From Centroscyllium fabricii (taxonomy: Eukaryota): a stretch of 64,000 nt of DNA. Within the stretch, counting starts at the first letter, position 1. Each line of letters starts with the position of its first letter. The notes under the pieces were generated by a model that was given only the letters and a program-made list of their open reading frames with translations, was not told where the DNA came from and made no database searches. The stretch covers positions 123,814,001-123,878,000 of the forward strand of contig JBNRSN020000008.1 in the NCBI GenBank assembly GCA_051313645.2, in the 5' to 3' direction. Of this stretch, positions 49,145 to 62,401 are shown piece after piece. A program made the position numbers and the translations under genes.

Positions 49145-52100
49145 AAAAAATCTATTGATGGGATGTGGGCGTCACTGGCTGGCTAGGCCTGCATTTAGTG
49201 CTCATCCCTAATTGCCCTTGAAAAGATGGTGGTTAGCCGCCGCCTTGAACCGCTGCAGTCCATATGGTGTAGGTACACCCACAATGTTGTTAGGAAGGGA
49301 GTTCCAGGATTTTGGCCCAGCGACAGTGAAGGAGCGGCGATACAGGTCCAAGTCAGGATGGTGTGTGGCTTGGAGGGGAACTTGTAGGTGGTGCTGTTCC
49401 CATGTGTCTGCTGCTTTTGTCCTTCTAAGTGGTAGAGGTCACGGGTTGGGAAGGTGCTGTTGAAGGAGCTTTGGCGAGTTGCTGCAGTGCATCTTGTAGA
49501 TGGTACATACTGCAGCCACAGTGCGCCGGTGTTGGAGGGAGTGAATGTTGAAGGTGGTGGATGGAGTGCCAATCAAGCGGCCTGCTTTATCCTGAATGGT
49601 GTCGAGCTTCTTGAGTGTTGGTGAAGCTGCTCATCCAGGCAAGTGGAGAGTATTCCATCACACTCCTGACTTGTGCCTTGTAGATGGTGGAAAGGCTTTG
49701 GGGAGTCAGGAGGTGAGACACTCGCTGCAGAATTCCCAGCCTCTGGCCTGCTCTTGTAGCCACAGTATTTATATGGCTGGTCCAATTCAGTTTCCGATCA
49801 ATGGTAACCCCCCAGGATGTCGATAGTGGGGGATTCAGCGATGATAATGCCATTGAATGTCAAGGGGAGATGGTTAGAGTCTCGCTTGTTGGAGATAATC
49901 ATTGCCTGGCACTTGTGTGGTGCGAATGTTACTTGTCACTTGTCAGCCCAAATCTGAATGTTGTCCAGGTCTTGCTGCATATGCACACGGACTGCGTCAG
50001 TATCTGACGAGTCCTGAATGGTGCTGAACAGTGCAATCATCAGCGAACATCCCCACTTCTGACCTTATGATGGAGAGAAGGTCATTGATGAAACAGCTGA
50101 TGGTTGGGCCTAGGACACTGTCCTGAGGAACTCCTGCAGTGATGTCCTGTGGTTGAGATGAATGAACTCCAACAACCATAGCCAACTTCCTTTGTGTTAG
50201 GTATGATTCCAACGGTTTCCCCCTTGATTCCCATTGACTTCAGCTTCGCCAGGGCTCCTTGATGCCACACTCGATCAAGTGCTGCCTTGATGTCAAGAGC
50301 AGTCACTCTCACCTCACCTCTTGAGTTCAGCTCTTTTGTCCATGTTTGGACCAAGGCTGTAATGAGGTCAGGAGCTGATTGGCCCTGGCGGAACCCAAAC
50401 TGGGCGTCAGTTAGCAGGTTATTGCTGAGTAAGTGCCGCTTGATAGTACTGTCGACGACACCTTCCATCACTTTGCTGATGATTGAGAGTAGACTGATGG
50501 GACGGTAATTGGCCGGGTTGGATTTGTCCTGCTTTTTGTAGACGGGACATACTTGGGTAATTTTCCACATTGCTGGGTAGATGCCAGTGTTGTAGCTGTA
50601 CTGGAACAGCTTGGCTAGGGGCGCAGCTAGTTCTGGAGCACAAGTCTTCAGTACTATTGCCGGAATGTTGTCAGGGCCCATAGCCTTTGCAGTATCCAGT
50701 ATCTTCAGCCGTTTCTTGACATCACGTGGAGTGAATTGAATGGGCTGAAGACTGGCATCTGTGATGCTGGGGACCTCAGGAGGAGGCAGAGATGGATCAT
50801 CCACTTGGCATTTCTGGCTGAAGATAGTTGCAAATGCTTCAGCCTTGTCTTTTGCACTCACGTGCTGGGCTCCACCATCATTGAGGATGGGGATATTTTT
50901 GGAGCCTCCTCCTTCTGTTAACTTAGTTGTCCACCACCACTCACAACTGGATGTGGCAGGAATGCAGAGCTTTGATTTGATCCGATGGTTGTGAGATCGC
51001 TTAGCTCTGTCTATCGCATGTTGCTTCTGTTGTTTGGCATGCAAGTAGTCCTGTGTTGTAGCCTCACCAGGTTGACACCTCATTTTACGGTATGCCTGGT
51101 GCTGTTCCCGGCATGCTCTCCTGCACTCTTCATTAAACCAGGGTTGATCTCCCGGCTTGATGGTAATGGTAGAGTGAGGGATATGCCGGGCCATGAGGTT
51201 ACAGATTGTGGTTGAATACAATTCTGCTGCTGCTGATGGCCCACAGTGCCTCATGAATGCCCAGTTTTGAGTTGCCAGATCTGTTCGAAATATGTCCCAT
51301 TTAGCACGGTGGTGGTGCCACACAACACGGCGGAGGGTATCCTCAACATGAAGACGGGACTTCGTCTCCACAAGGACTGTGCGGTGGTCACTTCCACCAA
51401 TGCTGCCACGGACAGATGCATCTGCAACAGGTAGATTGGTGAGGATGAGATCAAGTAGGTTTTTCCCTCTTGTTGGTTCCCTCACCACCTGTCGCAGACC
51501 CAGTCTGGCAGCTGTGTCCTTTAGGGCTCGGTCAGTTGTGGTGCTATTGAGCTGCTCTTGGTGGTGGACATTGAAGTCCCCCACCCAGAGGACATTTTGT
51601 GCCCTTGCTACTCTCAGTGCTTCTTCCAATTGATGTTCAACATGGAGGAGTACTGATTCATCAGCTGAGGGAGGGCGGTAGGTGGTAATTAGTAGGAGGT
51701 TTCCTTGCCCATGTTTGACTTGATGCCATGAGACCTCATGGGGTCCTGAGTCATTGTTGAGGACCCCCAGGGCTACTCCCTCCCGACTGTATACCACGGA
51801 GCTACCACCTCTGGTGGGTCTGTCCTGCCGGTGGGACAGGACATACCCAGGAATGGTGATGGTAGTGTCTGGGACATTGGCTGTAAGGTATGATTCTGTG
51901 AGTATGACTATGTCAGGCTGTTGCTTGACTAGTCTGTGGGGCAGCTCTCCCAATTTTGGCACAAGTCCCCAGATGTTTGTGAGGAGGACTTTGCAGGGTC
52001 GACAGGGCCGGCGTTGACGTTGTCGTTTCCGGTGCCGGGTGGTCCGTCCGGTTTTATTCTTATTGTTTTTTGTAGCGGTTGTTTACAACTGAGTGGCTTG

Positions 52101-52413
52101 CTAGGCCATTTCAGAAGGCATTAAGAGTCAACCACATTGCTGTGGGTCTGGAGTCACATGTAGGCCAGACCAGGTAAGGACAGCAGATTTCCTTCCCTAA
52201 AGGACATTAGTGAACCAGATGGGTTTTTGCAACAATCGACAATGGTATCACGGTCGCCATTACTAAGACTAACATTTAATTCCAGAATTAAATTGAATTG
52301 AATTTAAATTCCACCAGCTGCCGTGGTGGGATTTGAACCCATATCCTCAGAGCATTTGATTGAGCCTCTGGCTTACTAGTCTAGTGACATAACCACTACG
52401 CCACCGCCTCCCC
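49145..52413 (-). mobile_element. Apparently full-length ORF2-only LINE (CR1/L2/Jockey group) with a tRNA-derived 5' head
   Basis: A box at 52393-52403 and B box at 52329-52339, a leader of about 330 nt, then APE-RT coding sequence and a short 3' tail. Confidence 0.9.
49195..52082 (-). pseudogene. LINE ORF2: apurinic-like endonuclease plus reverse transcriptase, frameshifted in the 3' third
   Basis: TNIWGL, LTESYL, YRPPS, GDFNVH, LDLIL and SDH (APE); GPDNIP, YRPISLL, QFGFR, LDIKAALDRVWH, GVPQDSVLGP and FADD (RT). Confidence 0.92.
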
Positions 52414-52415
52414 TT

Positions 52416-52485
52416 TGTTCTCTCTCCCATGCACACAAACACAGCCCATATGTTCTCTCTCCCATGCACACAAACACAGCCCATA
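52416..52485. repeat. 35-bp tandem duplication
   Basis: TGTTCTCTCTCCCATGCACACAAACACAGCCCATA occurs twice, directly next to the LINE 5' end. Confidence 0.9.
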
Positions 52486-54243
52486 TTTTCTGATCTCTGC
52501 AGGTGCATACGTGCGGTGGGGGGGGTGTTCTGTTTTGTGCAGAACCGAAAAAATCTTACCCCTGTATGCCTGCTTTTACCAGCATAAGTGTTGAAAAAAT
52601 GTTTTAAAAATTTTCCTTTATAATTTAAAAATATTTTAAAATGTAAGTTTATTTTTAGCCCTGTAAAAACTTAATTATTTATCAAATATATAAACTTTTG
52701 TTTAAAGTATTTAATTTAATGTAACTAACAAATTTCTAAAACATGATGGTTTAAAAAAAATGTATTTAATGTTTTGATGTGTTTTTGGGGTGATCTCCAT
52801 TCATACTTTTGATGGGTCTATCTGTCAAAAGTATGAAGGGAGATTCCCTTGGCTGGCCTGGCCCACGTGATACCAGGGACGCTTGCGAACCACCTGCGCC
52901 TCTGGGATATGTGGGCCCTGTGCATTTTGACTGTGGAGAGGCCCAGCATCAGAAGTGTCTGGACCTCAGGTGAGAGCTTAGATTTTTTTCCGATAGGAGG
53001 CATCCGCACGCAGGAAGCCTCCTATCGGAAATTACGGGCCATTGTTTCTGGTTTAAAAAAAACACTCCGAAAACATTACCTGAATAAAGCTTTTGAACTC
53101 TGTCCTCTAGCTTTTCGTTGAATAATTGTGCAAAATGAATCAAACAAATAGTATTAGAGACTGAAGAAAAGCATTGTATCAGTTGGGCTAACTTTGGAAA
53201 TACTTCTACACACAAATTTTGGTACAAGTTTTGAACTCTCTTCTGCAAACAGCAATTGATGCTTGATCAATTGTTAATTTTAAATCCAAGATTGATAGCT
53301 TTTTATTAACGAAAGGTATTAAGGTATATGGGCCAAAGGCAGGTATATGGAGTTGGGTTGCAGATCAGCCATTGAATGGTGGAACAGGCTCGAGGGGCTC
53401 AATGGCCTACTCCTGTTCCTATGTTACTGCTGCTGTATCCTGAAACAATTTGCACACACTGCCGGATGTACTTCCAGTTGACATCATAGCTGTGGGCAAA
53501 AATATCATTTGGGAGAGTCTGAGGTCCCTAACTGGGAGATGAAATTTTAGAAGTGCACATAAACTTTCCATATTTACCATTATAATTTCAGTCCTCCTGA
53601 ACTCCAACTGGGGGTTGGATGATAGATGGGAGAAAAGCTGCAGAATGATCGAAGGTTGAAGTAAGGATGAGTTGTTTATTGGAAGGTGGTCAGCTCCCGT
53701 GCGAGGGAAGTGACAGCTGCATGGTCTCCATCTTTGAGATGAAGAAATCTATTCAACATATAACAAGGGTATTTTGCTTGGTTAATCAACAGGTTAGATG
53801 AATAAAATTAGAAATCAGATGGGTGTTGTATTGCAATGATCGACTTCCTATGATGCTCATTGAGAAGTATTATTGGTTTTAAAATTGATAGCAATAGACA
53901 ATTTTAAAACATTCCAGATCTGAAATAAACAGATTCGAGTGAAATTTTATGCTGCACTGTAACATATTGGACAGAAAGTATTTTCCACATCTTTGCCTTA
54001 AGCATTCCAGGCAGAGGATCATGGATACACCTTTTGGGTATAATCATTTGTAGCATTAACACTTACACACAGTAAGGAAGAATCATTTGGCTGAAAAGTA
54101 CAAATGTGAAAAATAGAGATAGGATTCCCCAGGGAAATTTCAGTTAATTTATTCAGAAATAAATGAGCAAATGCTTCTCTTATAGGGAGATGAAAGCAAT
54201 TAATCATTCAGTTGTGGCCCACTTGGCATTTACTAATTTGTGC

Positions 54244-54478
54244 TGTAGCGCTTGCAGGACCCAAGAACCACACAGGAGCCGGAGAGACAGATAACACTTG
54301 TTTAATTAACACTACATAGCAAGAAAGAGACTGAACCATGCGGAGCAGGCTTATTTAAACTACCCGCCGCTCGTGACCTCATCACGCCGAGAGACGTGAC
54401 GTCATCGCGTCACCCGGTGGGCGGGGCTATGCCCCGCAGTACTCCCGAGGTGGATTTGCCAGCCGGCGTACCGCCACA
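54244..54478 (-). mobile_element. Solo LTR, CpG-rich
   Basis: TGTAGCG...CGCCACA inverted termini and 4-bp TSD GTGC. Minus-strand ATTAAA and a TATA-like motif are in the expected order. Confidence 0.8.
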
Positions 54479-57400
54479 GTGCTGTATTTTCCTCTGCTTT
54501 AATATCCTAAATCAGAGAACTTTGTCTGCAGCAAAATCCTTTGCACAGTAATTGGCTTTTGTGGCCATTGTGATTTGCTGAGATCCTCCAATGACTCAAT
54601 TGTTAAATACACAACTAATGTAGCATTGAACATGTCACAGTACGTCCCAGTATTTACTCCTGGTCTGTGTTGAATTAGCTGAACTCTGCTGGGATTATGG
54701 TGGTTGTGATGCAATTTGAATTCTGCGTCCATGGGTTCGGGAAAATAAAATCAACCAAAATAAATCCTGCTGTAAAGTGCATGTGTTGTGGACATTGAGG
54801 TTTGGAATCTGCTGTGGTGCACCAAACCATGGCCAGAAAGCCTGCTGGCACTCCGCTAGGCTCACACATGAACAACAGCCACTTGGGGTAAGGTGCCAGA
54901 GGGCTACTGGTTTCTGTGAAACTGGACCTCTGCATAAGTTAGCACCTTTGAGAGGAGGGAAAAGGTCAAGAAGGGGAAAATGCTGTTGGTGGAAGCTCAG
55001 TTCTTTTTGGATCAACTAAGGGATGGGAAGTAGTTCAAAGAAAGTGAACCAAAGATGTGCGGGTTAGGTTGATTGGCCATGATAAATTGATCCTTCATGT
55101 TAGGGGGATTAAATATGTGGGGTTGTGGGGATAGGGTGGGATGTGTGTCGGTGCAGGCTCGATAGGGATATGGGGACAAGGCAGGGACAGGGTACTGAGT
55201 TTGGATGATCAGCCATGATCTCATTGAATGGCGGAGCAGGCTCGAAGGGCTGAATGGCCTACTCCTGCTCCTATCTTCTATGTTTCTATGTAACCAGCAG
55301 TCATATCTCAAAGACAAGTGTATGATGAAATATGAGGTTACAACCCCTCCCATCTAATTTTCAGGCTGGTGTCATTAATCGTGCATTGTAAAACACTAGC
55401 ATAAAACCAGCTTAAGGGTTAGTTCATCCAAGAAATACTTGTCCAAATGGAAATATGGTCCTGTGTCAGTGAAACATTTCATGAATATTTGTTAGTGACC
55501 CACATACCTGTGGATAGTAATCTTGATGTAAACTTTATACAATTGTGGTGTCTAAAAATATTGATTGACTGAATACTGTGTGCTGACGCATGAGTGAGTG
55601 TGCTTAGGCTTGACTGACATCCAGTTGAGTGTCAGTTGATCATTGCTTCACTGCACCAGTGGCAATTGGCAATTATGTGCTTTAGATCTGAGGTTAAGCA
55701 GCAAAGGAAAAAGGACCAAAAAAACAAGATAGTGACTGAGCCAGGAGCAAAAGTAAAAGAATACGGGTCTATTTTACTAAAACTAAGGATTACAGGCCAT
55801 CCCTATCCTAAATTATCCAGTATAGTTCAAGTGGCCAACAATGATTATGACAAAAGTATTATGTACTTATTAAAAGTAATCCACCCATTAGTTTTTGCAA
55901 AACTTGTGTAATAATGTTAAGCACTGAATCTTTGTGCTTCATATTTCTGTTTGTAACCAAATATATCAGTTGCCTTAACCGGTTAAAAACCTGATCTGAG
56001 TGAAATTTCTGCCATTCTGAAGGGATTGACCACGAGTCGATGAATGATCCAGTAGGCATATTATTGCAGATAGGGTGATGGTGATTTCTAATCCTTGCTC
56101 TCTCAATTCTGCTAAAGGCAAATTACTATTGGATTGTAGAGGGCAAGGTTTTCTTCTAGGAACTACTTTGAATTGAATGAGAAGGAAAGTGGCCCTAAAA
56201 AAATAAAATTGGCACCTCTGCTTTCAAACGGCAGCCCAGAAAACTGTCACTAGAATTTTCAACTCTCTCAAAATTAAGATAAATTAATTTATACATATTA
56301 TTCAACAAATACAGCTTCTAGTAATTAAATGCTAAAGCCATCAAGCTTAGGATTCAGGTGAGCTTCTTTCTGATGTGTTGACTGTACTTCTTTAAACCCT
56401 TTATGGAAATGCTCAATTCTAGGAACAGCCTGCTCCAAAGGTTCCAACTTGAAGTTGCTATGCTGGCTTTTTGTGAACTATTGCAAGGTACTTTTTATGT
56501 GCCATGCTAATTATATTCTTGAAAAATTTTGTTTTTCTGAAACACACTGTTAAGCGAATCTTGCCATTTGATTGCAGTGATTATTCGTGCCTTGTATATA
56601 GGTTGATTGACCATGATAAATTGACCCTTAGTGTTAGGGGGATTGAATAGGTGGGGTTACGGGGATAGGGTGGGATATGTGTCGGTGCAGGCTCGAAAGG
56701 GATATGGGGACAAGGCAGGGATAGGGTACTGGGTTGGGATGATCAGCCATGATCTCATTGAATGGCGGAGCAGGCTCGAAGGGCCGAATGGCCTACTCCT
56801 GCTCCTATCTTCTATGTTTCTATAAGCACCATTGAAGAGGTTTGCCAAACTCTCTTGTGGCTGAGCTGTTTCTTTAAGAAATCTGATTTTCTGAGCCTTA
56901 TTACTGTGTTGAAAAAATAGTACATACTCCTATTTAATTCAATATTTTATAGTTAAAGAATCTTTTATTTAAAATAGTCAATGGTCCTAAATTCCTCTTC
57001 CCATCTGGAAGCAGGTCGAGTGGAGCACAACCGAAGTTTTCCATTTGACATGACCTGAACCCACCTTGATTTCCAGGTTTAGATCATTTGCATAGGCCAA
57101 ATGTTCCCTGGGAACAGGCCTGCACTCAGAACCCAGCCTCTACTGCAGGCCTCAGAAGCCTGTGGCACTGGTAATGTCATGAGGATCCTTGGAGACCTGT
57201 GGGGGGAAAAGAGGTTTAACTTGCTGTTTGTGGCCTTCCTGGCCTTCTGATCTGAGGGGACGTGGGCACAATGACTATCGTTAATTTCTGTAGGTGCCCC
57301 TCCAAATGGCTACCTGTCCAGTATACCAAGGAAAATGAGATGGGAGACCCTGTTAGCCTGCTTCCACCTTATTTTCATAGCTGTCCAATGCTTGTGCCTG

Positions 57401-58070
57401 CTTCAGGTGTAAAGGGGGCAGCGATCTGACATAATGGGTCAATCTATTATTCTTCAGGGGTGTGCTCCAAAAATACACACACTTTGGGCGCGCAGCAGAG
57501 CGAAATCAGACCCAATATCTATTATGTTCGCTTTTAGATACATCAGTCCCAATTTTAACCTAACCTACCCGGCGGTAATTGGGCAGGTTCGGTTGGCCGG
57601 CTGTTTTATACCCCATTAGATTTTACTCAGGCTAGTGCCCTCCACTGTTGACCCTGCTGGTTGTGCCACTGAGTGCTTTTCAGCTGCCCACTGGTCTCAT
57701 GCTGCCAGAAGCTCTGGTACCTAGTTGCTATTGGGAGAGGCAAGTGGTTTCCATGGCGCCCTGGGGGCCAAATCTAAAATATTTAGTTTTTTTTAAATTA
57801 CCTATCTTAAGTTCTGGAGGCCAGTAAAGTTTCTCATTTGGCATACCGATCTCCAGTCTTAGACCGGGTCTGTTATGGGCTGTGAAAGAAGGAACCCCCT
57901 GGAATGGCTAAGGAAATTCAGCTCCCAGATTTTCCATTGCGAACAATGGCAGATTGAAGCCCTCTCCTCTGTGGGACACGACTTTAACCATTTGTTATAT
58001 TATTTTCTCTCAGATAGCACATTTGCCAATTTGGTGGAATTGGTGCTCACTACTCCCTGCATTGCCTCTG

Positions 58071-58910
58071 TTACAGGCTTCAGGATGACATAGACAGGAT
58101 GGCGGAATGGGCAGAAGCATGGCAGATGGAGTTCAATGCGGAGAAGTGTGAAGTGATGCACTTTGGGAGGACTAATATAGAAAGACAGTTTACTATAAGT
58201 GGCATGATTTTGAAAAGTACAGATGAGCAGAGAGACCTTGGTGTCCATATACACAAATCGTTAAAGATGGTAGGGCAAGTTGATAAGGTGGTTAAAAAAG
58301 CACTTGGGTTTATAAATAGAGGAATAGAATATAAAAGCAATGAGATCATGCTCGAACTTTATAAATCACTGGTTAGGCCTCTGAGAGTATTGTGGATAAT
58401 TCTAGGCACCACATTTCAGGAAAGATGTAAATACCTTAGGAAAGGTACAGAGGAGGTTTCCCAGGATGTTACCAAGGATGAGTGATTTCAGTTATGAGGA
58501 GAGGTTGGAAAAGTTCGGACTGTTCTCCTTGGAACAGAAGAGATTCAGAGGTGGCCTAATAGAAGTTTTCAAGATGATGAGACGTTTTGATAGAGTAGAT
58601 AGAGAAAAAACGATTCCCTCTGGCAAGTGGGTCAATAACTAGAGGTCATAGATTTAAAATCATTGGCAAAAGATCCAGAGGGGAGATGACAATTTTTTCA
58701 CTGAGTTGTCAGGATCTGGAACATCCTACCTGAAAAGGTGGTGGAAACTGATTCTATAAATAATTTCAAAAAGGTGTTGGACAGGTACTGGAGGATGAGG
58801 AGCTTACAGGGTTACGGACAAAAAGTGGGGGGGGGGGGGGGGTCATAGAGCCAGCACAGGTACAACGGCTTAAATAGCCTCCTTCTGTGCTGTAGGTTTC
58901 TATGCTTCTA
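58071..58910 (+). mobile_element. 5'-truncated CR1 LINE
   Basis: EWAEAWQMEFNAEKCEVMHFG...RDLGVHI...LELYKSLVRP; tail ttctgtgctgtaggtttctatg. Confidence 0.9.
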
Positions 58911-58943
58911 TGGGTGAATAAAAGGTCTGCTAAAGCATAAAAA

Positions 58944-59790
58944 TTAATTAGTGGATGTTTGTACTCTAGTAAGAAGAAAACATGAGGACTTCTGTAAGCA
59001 ATTGGTGGTAATTTAGTTGGAGAGAATCGTTTTTTGGATGCCATAGTTCTTTCAGGCTTCCATTCAATTAGTTTGTAAGAGTCAAATACATTTTTCATAA
59101 AGTTAACAAACTGTTGAAAGTGACTACAAACCAATGCTGCAAGACAATGGCTACATTTAAGTCTGAATCAGGCACAGCGAGAGCCAACATTCATTTGGTG
59201 GTTCTAAGGTTTGTGCTACCAGTGGATGTAACTGTATGAATAACGTCACAAAAGGTTTTGTTGAAAAGCTTAAAAAAATTGTTAAATTGAACACCAGGAA
59301 TATTCAAGCACTGTTCCACAGCAACCAGAACTTGCATATAAACCAGAGGTTTCTTTATGAACTTAGTCTCTTTATAAATTAGGATTCAAAAAGGGTCTGC
59401 TTAATACTTCCATACCCATAATATGGGTGGACTGTCGGAGAAGATGGATGTTTCTGTTTCAGGAGGGGGTGGGTGGGGTTGGTAAATCTCAGTGCAGTTC
59501 ACTCTGGCCATTCTAATTTACCTATAGCAGCTGCTTACAGAGCAGCATAATGTTGAGGCCTGGCCCTCCTTCAGAGTGAGAAATAAAGCTTTAAAAAAAA
59601 AAAAAAAATTAAAGGTGGGTGAAATAAAATGTTTCTGTTGTAGCTTAGATTATCGTCTTTATTTAAAATCTTTTTTGGGACCAACTGTTCCAATTGGAAT
59701 GCAAATAAGATTTGTGATGTGATAGCCTGAAGGAAAAAATGATGGAAAATAATTTTTCCTCAGTGGAAAAAGAGGATCAATTCCTTCATG
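58944..59790 (+). repeat. About 0.8-kb direct duplication, copy 2
   Basis: Matches 41073-41887. Confidence 0.95.
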
Positions 59791-60214
59791 CAACACACTC
59801 AAATATTTATAGGAAAATTTATACCATGTTTCAATAATTCAAATGTTAGTGTTTTTTCCGAGACAAAAAGATCAAGGTGCATTTATATTTAAGGGAAAAA
59901 GCCAATAGATCAAAATCTTTCTTCCCCAAACTGAAAACATTGTGTTGCAGATGCAAAGTGTGAATGCTGCTCTTTGTGACACTTTCTCTCTCCAGCAGGA
60001 GCCAGTATTGTAACAGTTTCTCCAGTTTTCGTGCTGGAAAGAGCATGGCGCCTATATAAGCAGCAAATGAACAGAAAATCACTAATCTATTGTGATCCCT
60101 ATCTCATAACAGTGCAGACTTTTGGATGATGAATTGGTTAAATCCATTGCTTTGCTTCGGATTGTTTTCCTGGTGGTGTGCTTGCCTTGAAGCTGAGAGA
60201 ATCATTATTTCAAA

Positions 60215-60430
60215 ACCTACCAACCAGAGACTGAGACTTCTTCCCCAGGGCTGTCAGCCTCCTGAACTCTTAAAAAAATAAAAATAAACTCTGGTACCTG
60301 CACACCTGAAAATGTACTTTACTGTATGCAATTTGCATGTCATTTATTTGCACTACTCTCGGGAGCGTCGAGTCTTCGTCTCATTGTATTGTACTAGTAC
60401 TCTGCAATGACAATAAAACTTGAATTGAAT
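60215..60430 (+). mobile_element. Probable Rex1-type LINE 3' tail
   Basis: cttcttccccagggctgtcagcctcctgaac (FFPRAVSLLN) followed by caatgacaataaaacttgaattgaat. Confidence 0.55.
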
Positions 60431-62257
60431 AACAGGCAGAAAATTCAATAAAATGGGAATTAATTTACAAATAAGTGTAACTGGGGTAAAATAATGGAAA
60501 AAAACACTTTCTTTTGGTTTAGATTTCAATATGACCTTTTATTTTTTTATATAAAAGACAGAATTGGAGAATTGTAACATTAATCATTTGATCACTGACA
60601 ATAAGAGCTTTGCAAATATCCTAATTTGTACCACCATATACTTGTAAATTCTCATGGATTCTACAGATCTGGGGATGTAACTTCTCGAGTTGTGCGGTTC
60701 TTTGTATTTTTCAATCGCTGCCCTCTTATTGCACCAGTGATAAATATCATCAGGAACAGAATTAATCAAAACCAATGAACAGGGTTAGAAACGGAATTAA
60801 AATGAAATCAGATGAGATTAAAATAATAACTCAAAAGGTATCTGTTTGAAGACAGAAATGTGAAAATGAGGGCGATGTGGGAAAGGGTTAAAATACATTT
60901 GCACATTGCTGGGCTGTGTAAGGTGTGTAGTAATGGATCGATACTATAAAGAATGGTTTCCTGTTTTGAACTTCTACAATAAGCAGACTATGGGAACAAA
61001 TTGAGGGTCACTGCATAGAATATCATTATCGATGTTGGCTGATGAAAATTGGATTGTGTTCAAGTACTGGTAACAGGAATCTGATTGACATGTATAACTT
61101 CCCATGATGGGAAGAGTGGAAGGTAGCAGCTTCAAAAATAGATTTGCAACAAAACAAATAGGTAGTGTGGGGATGGGAGGGATGTGTTCATATTCCAAAA
61201 CAAATAATCGGTGATGACCTACACACAAAAAATAGGATTTAACAACCTTCCTCCAAATGTTTTTCCACAATTTACAGATGCAGAGGTAAAATGCATGCAT
61301 AATTCTTACAATCAAGCACGGAGACTTTCAGTGATAAGCAGCCAGTTCAGTTTCTAGGCCTGGTAGTGTCCCCTCTGACCTTTCAACTGTGAGGAAAGTC
61401 CTACAGAGCTGAAGATTCTTTTTTCTTTCGTTAGAATTTTTCATGCTGACGAAATCCCATGCCACCCTTAGTGTTAATTGTATGGATTTGATTTGCTGCT
61501 TCATGCATTCTGTTTAACATACAACTTCAACCACCTCTGGCATTAAAAAGTGATCTTGCTTACTGCAAAAAGCAAAGCTCTGCTCTGGCCTTCTCTATAG
61601 TAAGGACTGCTTCAGTCCTAACCACCACAACCCCACCTGCCAATGGCTGCTTGTAAAAGGGTTTTGCCTCTACACATCTATCAATCACATTTTCTTCAAT
61701 ACAGAGAACTGATTCCTAGGCATCCTCACATAGAGAAGAGTTAAGTAGAAAAGTGTTTAAGTACCTGAAAAATAGGAAATAAACAAACTACACAAACATT
61801 CCAGCATTAGAGGGAGAGCATAGAAGCAGGCAATAACTGGCTCATCACATAGATATGGCAGATGCAGAGTAACAAAGGATGCACAGAATACTCCAGTTCT
61901 CTATCCTGATGTTTAAATAATCGATGTTAATTAAACCTGCTTATAATGTTCATACATTTTCTGCAGAAGACAGCAAGCTCTTAGCAATTGGTAGCACCAG
62001 ATAAAGCTGCATTACCTGTGCACTGCTAAAGGAACTCTGTGTACTTCTTGCCGGCTTTTTAGACACACGCGTAGTTGTATTGCACTCCTTATTTTGTTTT
62101 CTCTCTCGATTGTGAGTGGAGCGATTCTGCAGTAACTCACTGGAGATTTCAGCACCGCCAAACACCCTTGCAAAGCACAACTGAAAAATGTATTTATCCA
62201 GTTGAATTATAGCCACGTCAAGCTGATTGCCTATCCTCACAGATGATGCTTGGGGTT

Positions 62258-62401
62258 TTAACTGATGTTTTGCATAGATATGCTGCAGCTAGAATTGTCT
62301 CTGCTCCCTTGTCTTTTTCGGTGTAGCTCCTCCCACTTGCACCTGTTCCTTGTAATCCCATTTAGCATTGGCTTCAGCTTTGGATTGACCTTCACCAGAG
62401 C
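62258..62401 (-). CDS. PDE11A: PDE11A (phosphodiesterase 11A) last coding exon
   Basis: Minus-strand acceptor ttctcag, then ALVKVNPKLKPMLNGITRNRCKWEELHRKRQGSRDNSSCSISMQNIS*. This resembles the human PDE11A C-terminus (ALVKVNVKLKPML...NRSKWEELHQKR, recalled) and fits the known convergent AGPS-PDE11A synteny. Confidence 0.9.
   Translation of the reverse strand, partial: ALVKVNPKLKPMLNGITRNRCKWEELHRKRQGSRDNSSCSISMQNIS

Noticed and set aside
52329-52413. tRNA gene (also considered at 21700-21773)
   Set aside because: A and B boxes are present but there is no full cloverleaf or terminator. These are retroelement heads.
52490-53045. GC-richer MITE-like remnants (also about 25830-26056, 46030-46210 and 56985-57920)
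   Set aside because: Only one plausible terminus could be seen in each, so boundaries and family are not supportable.
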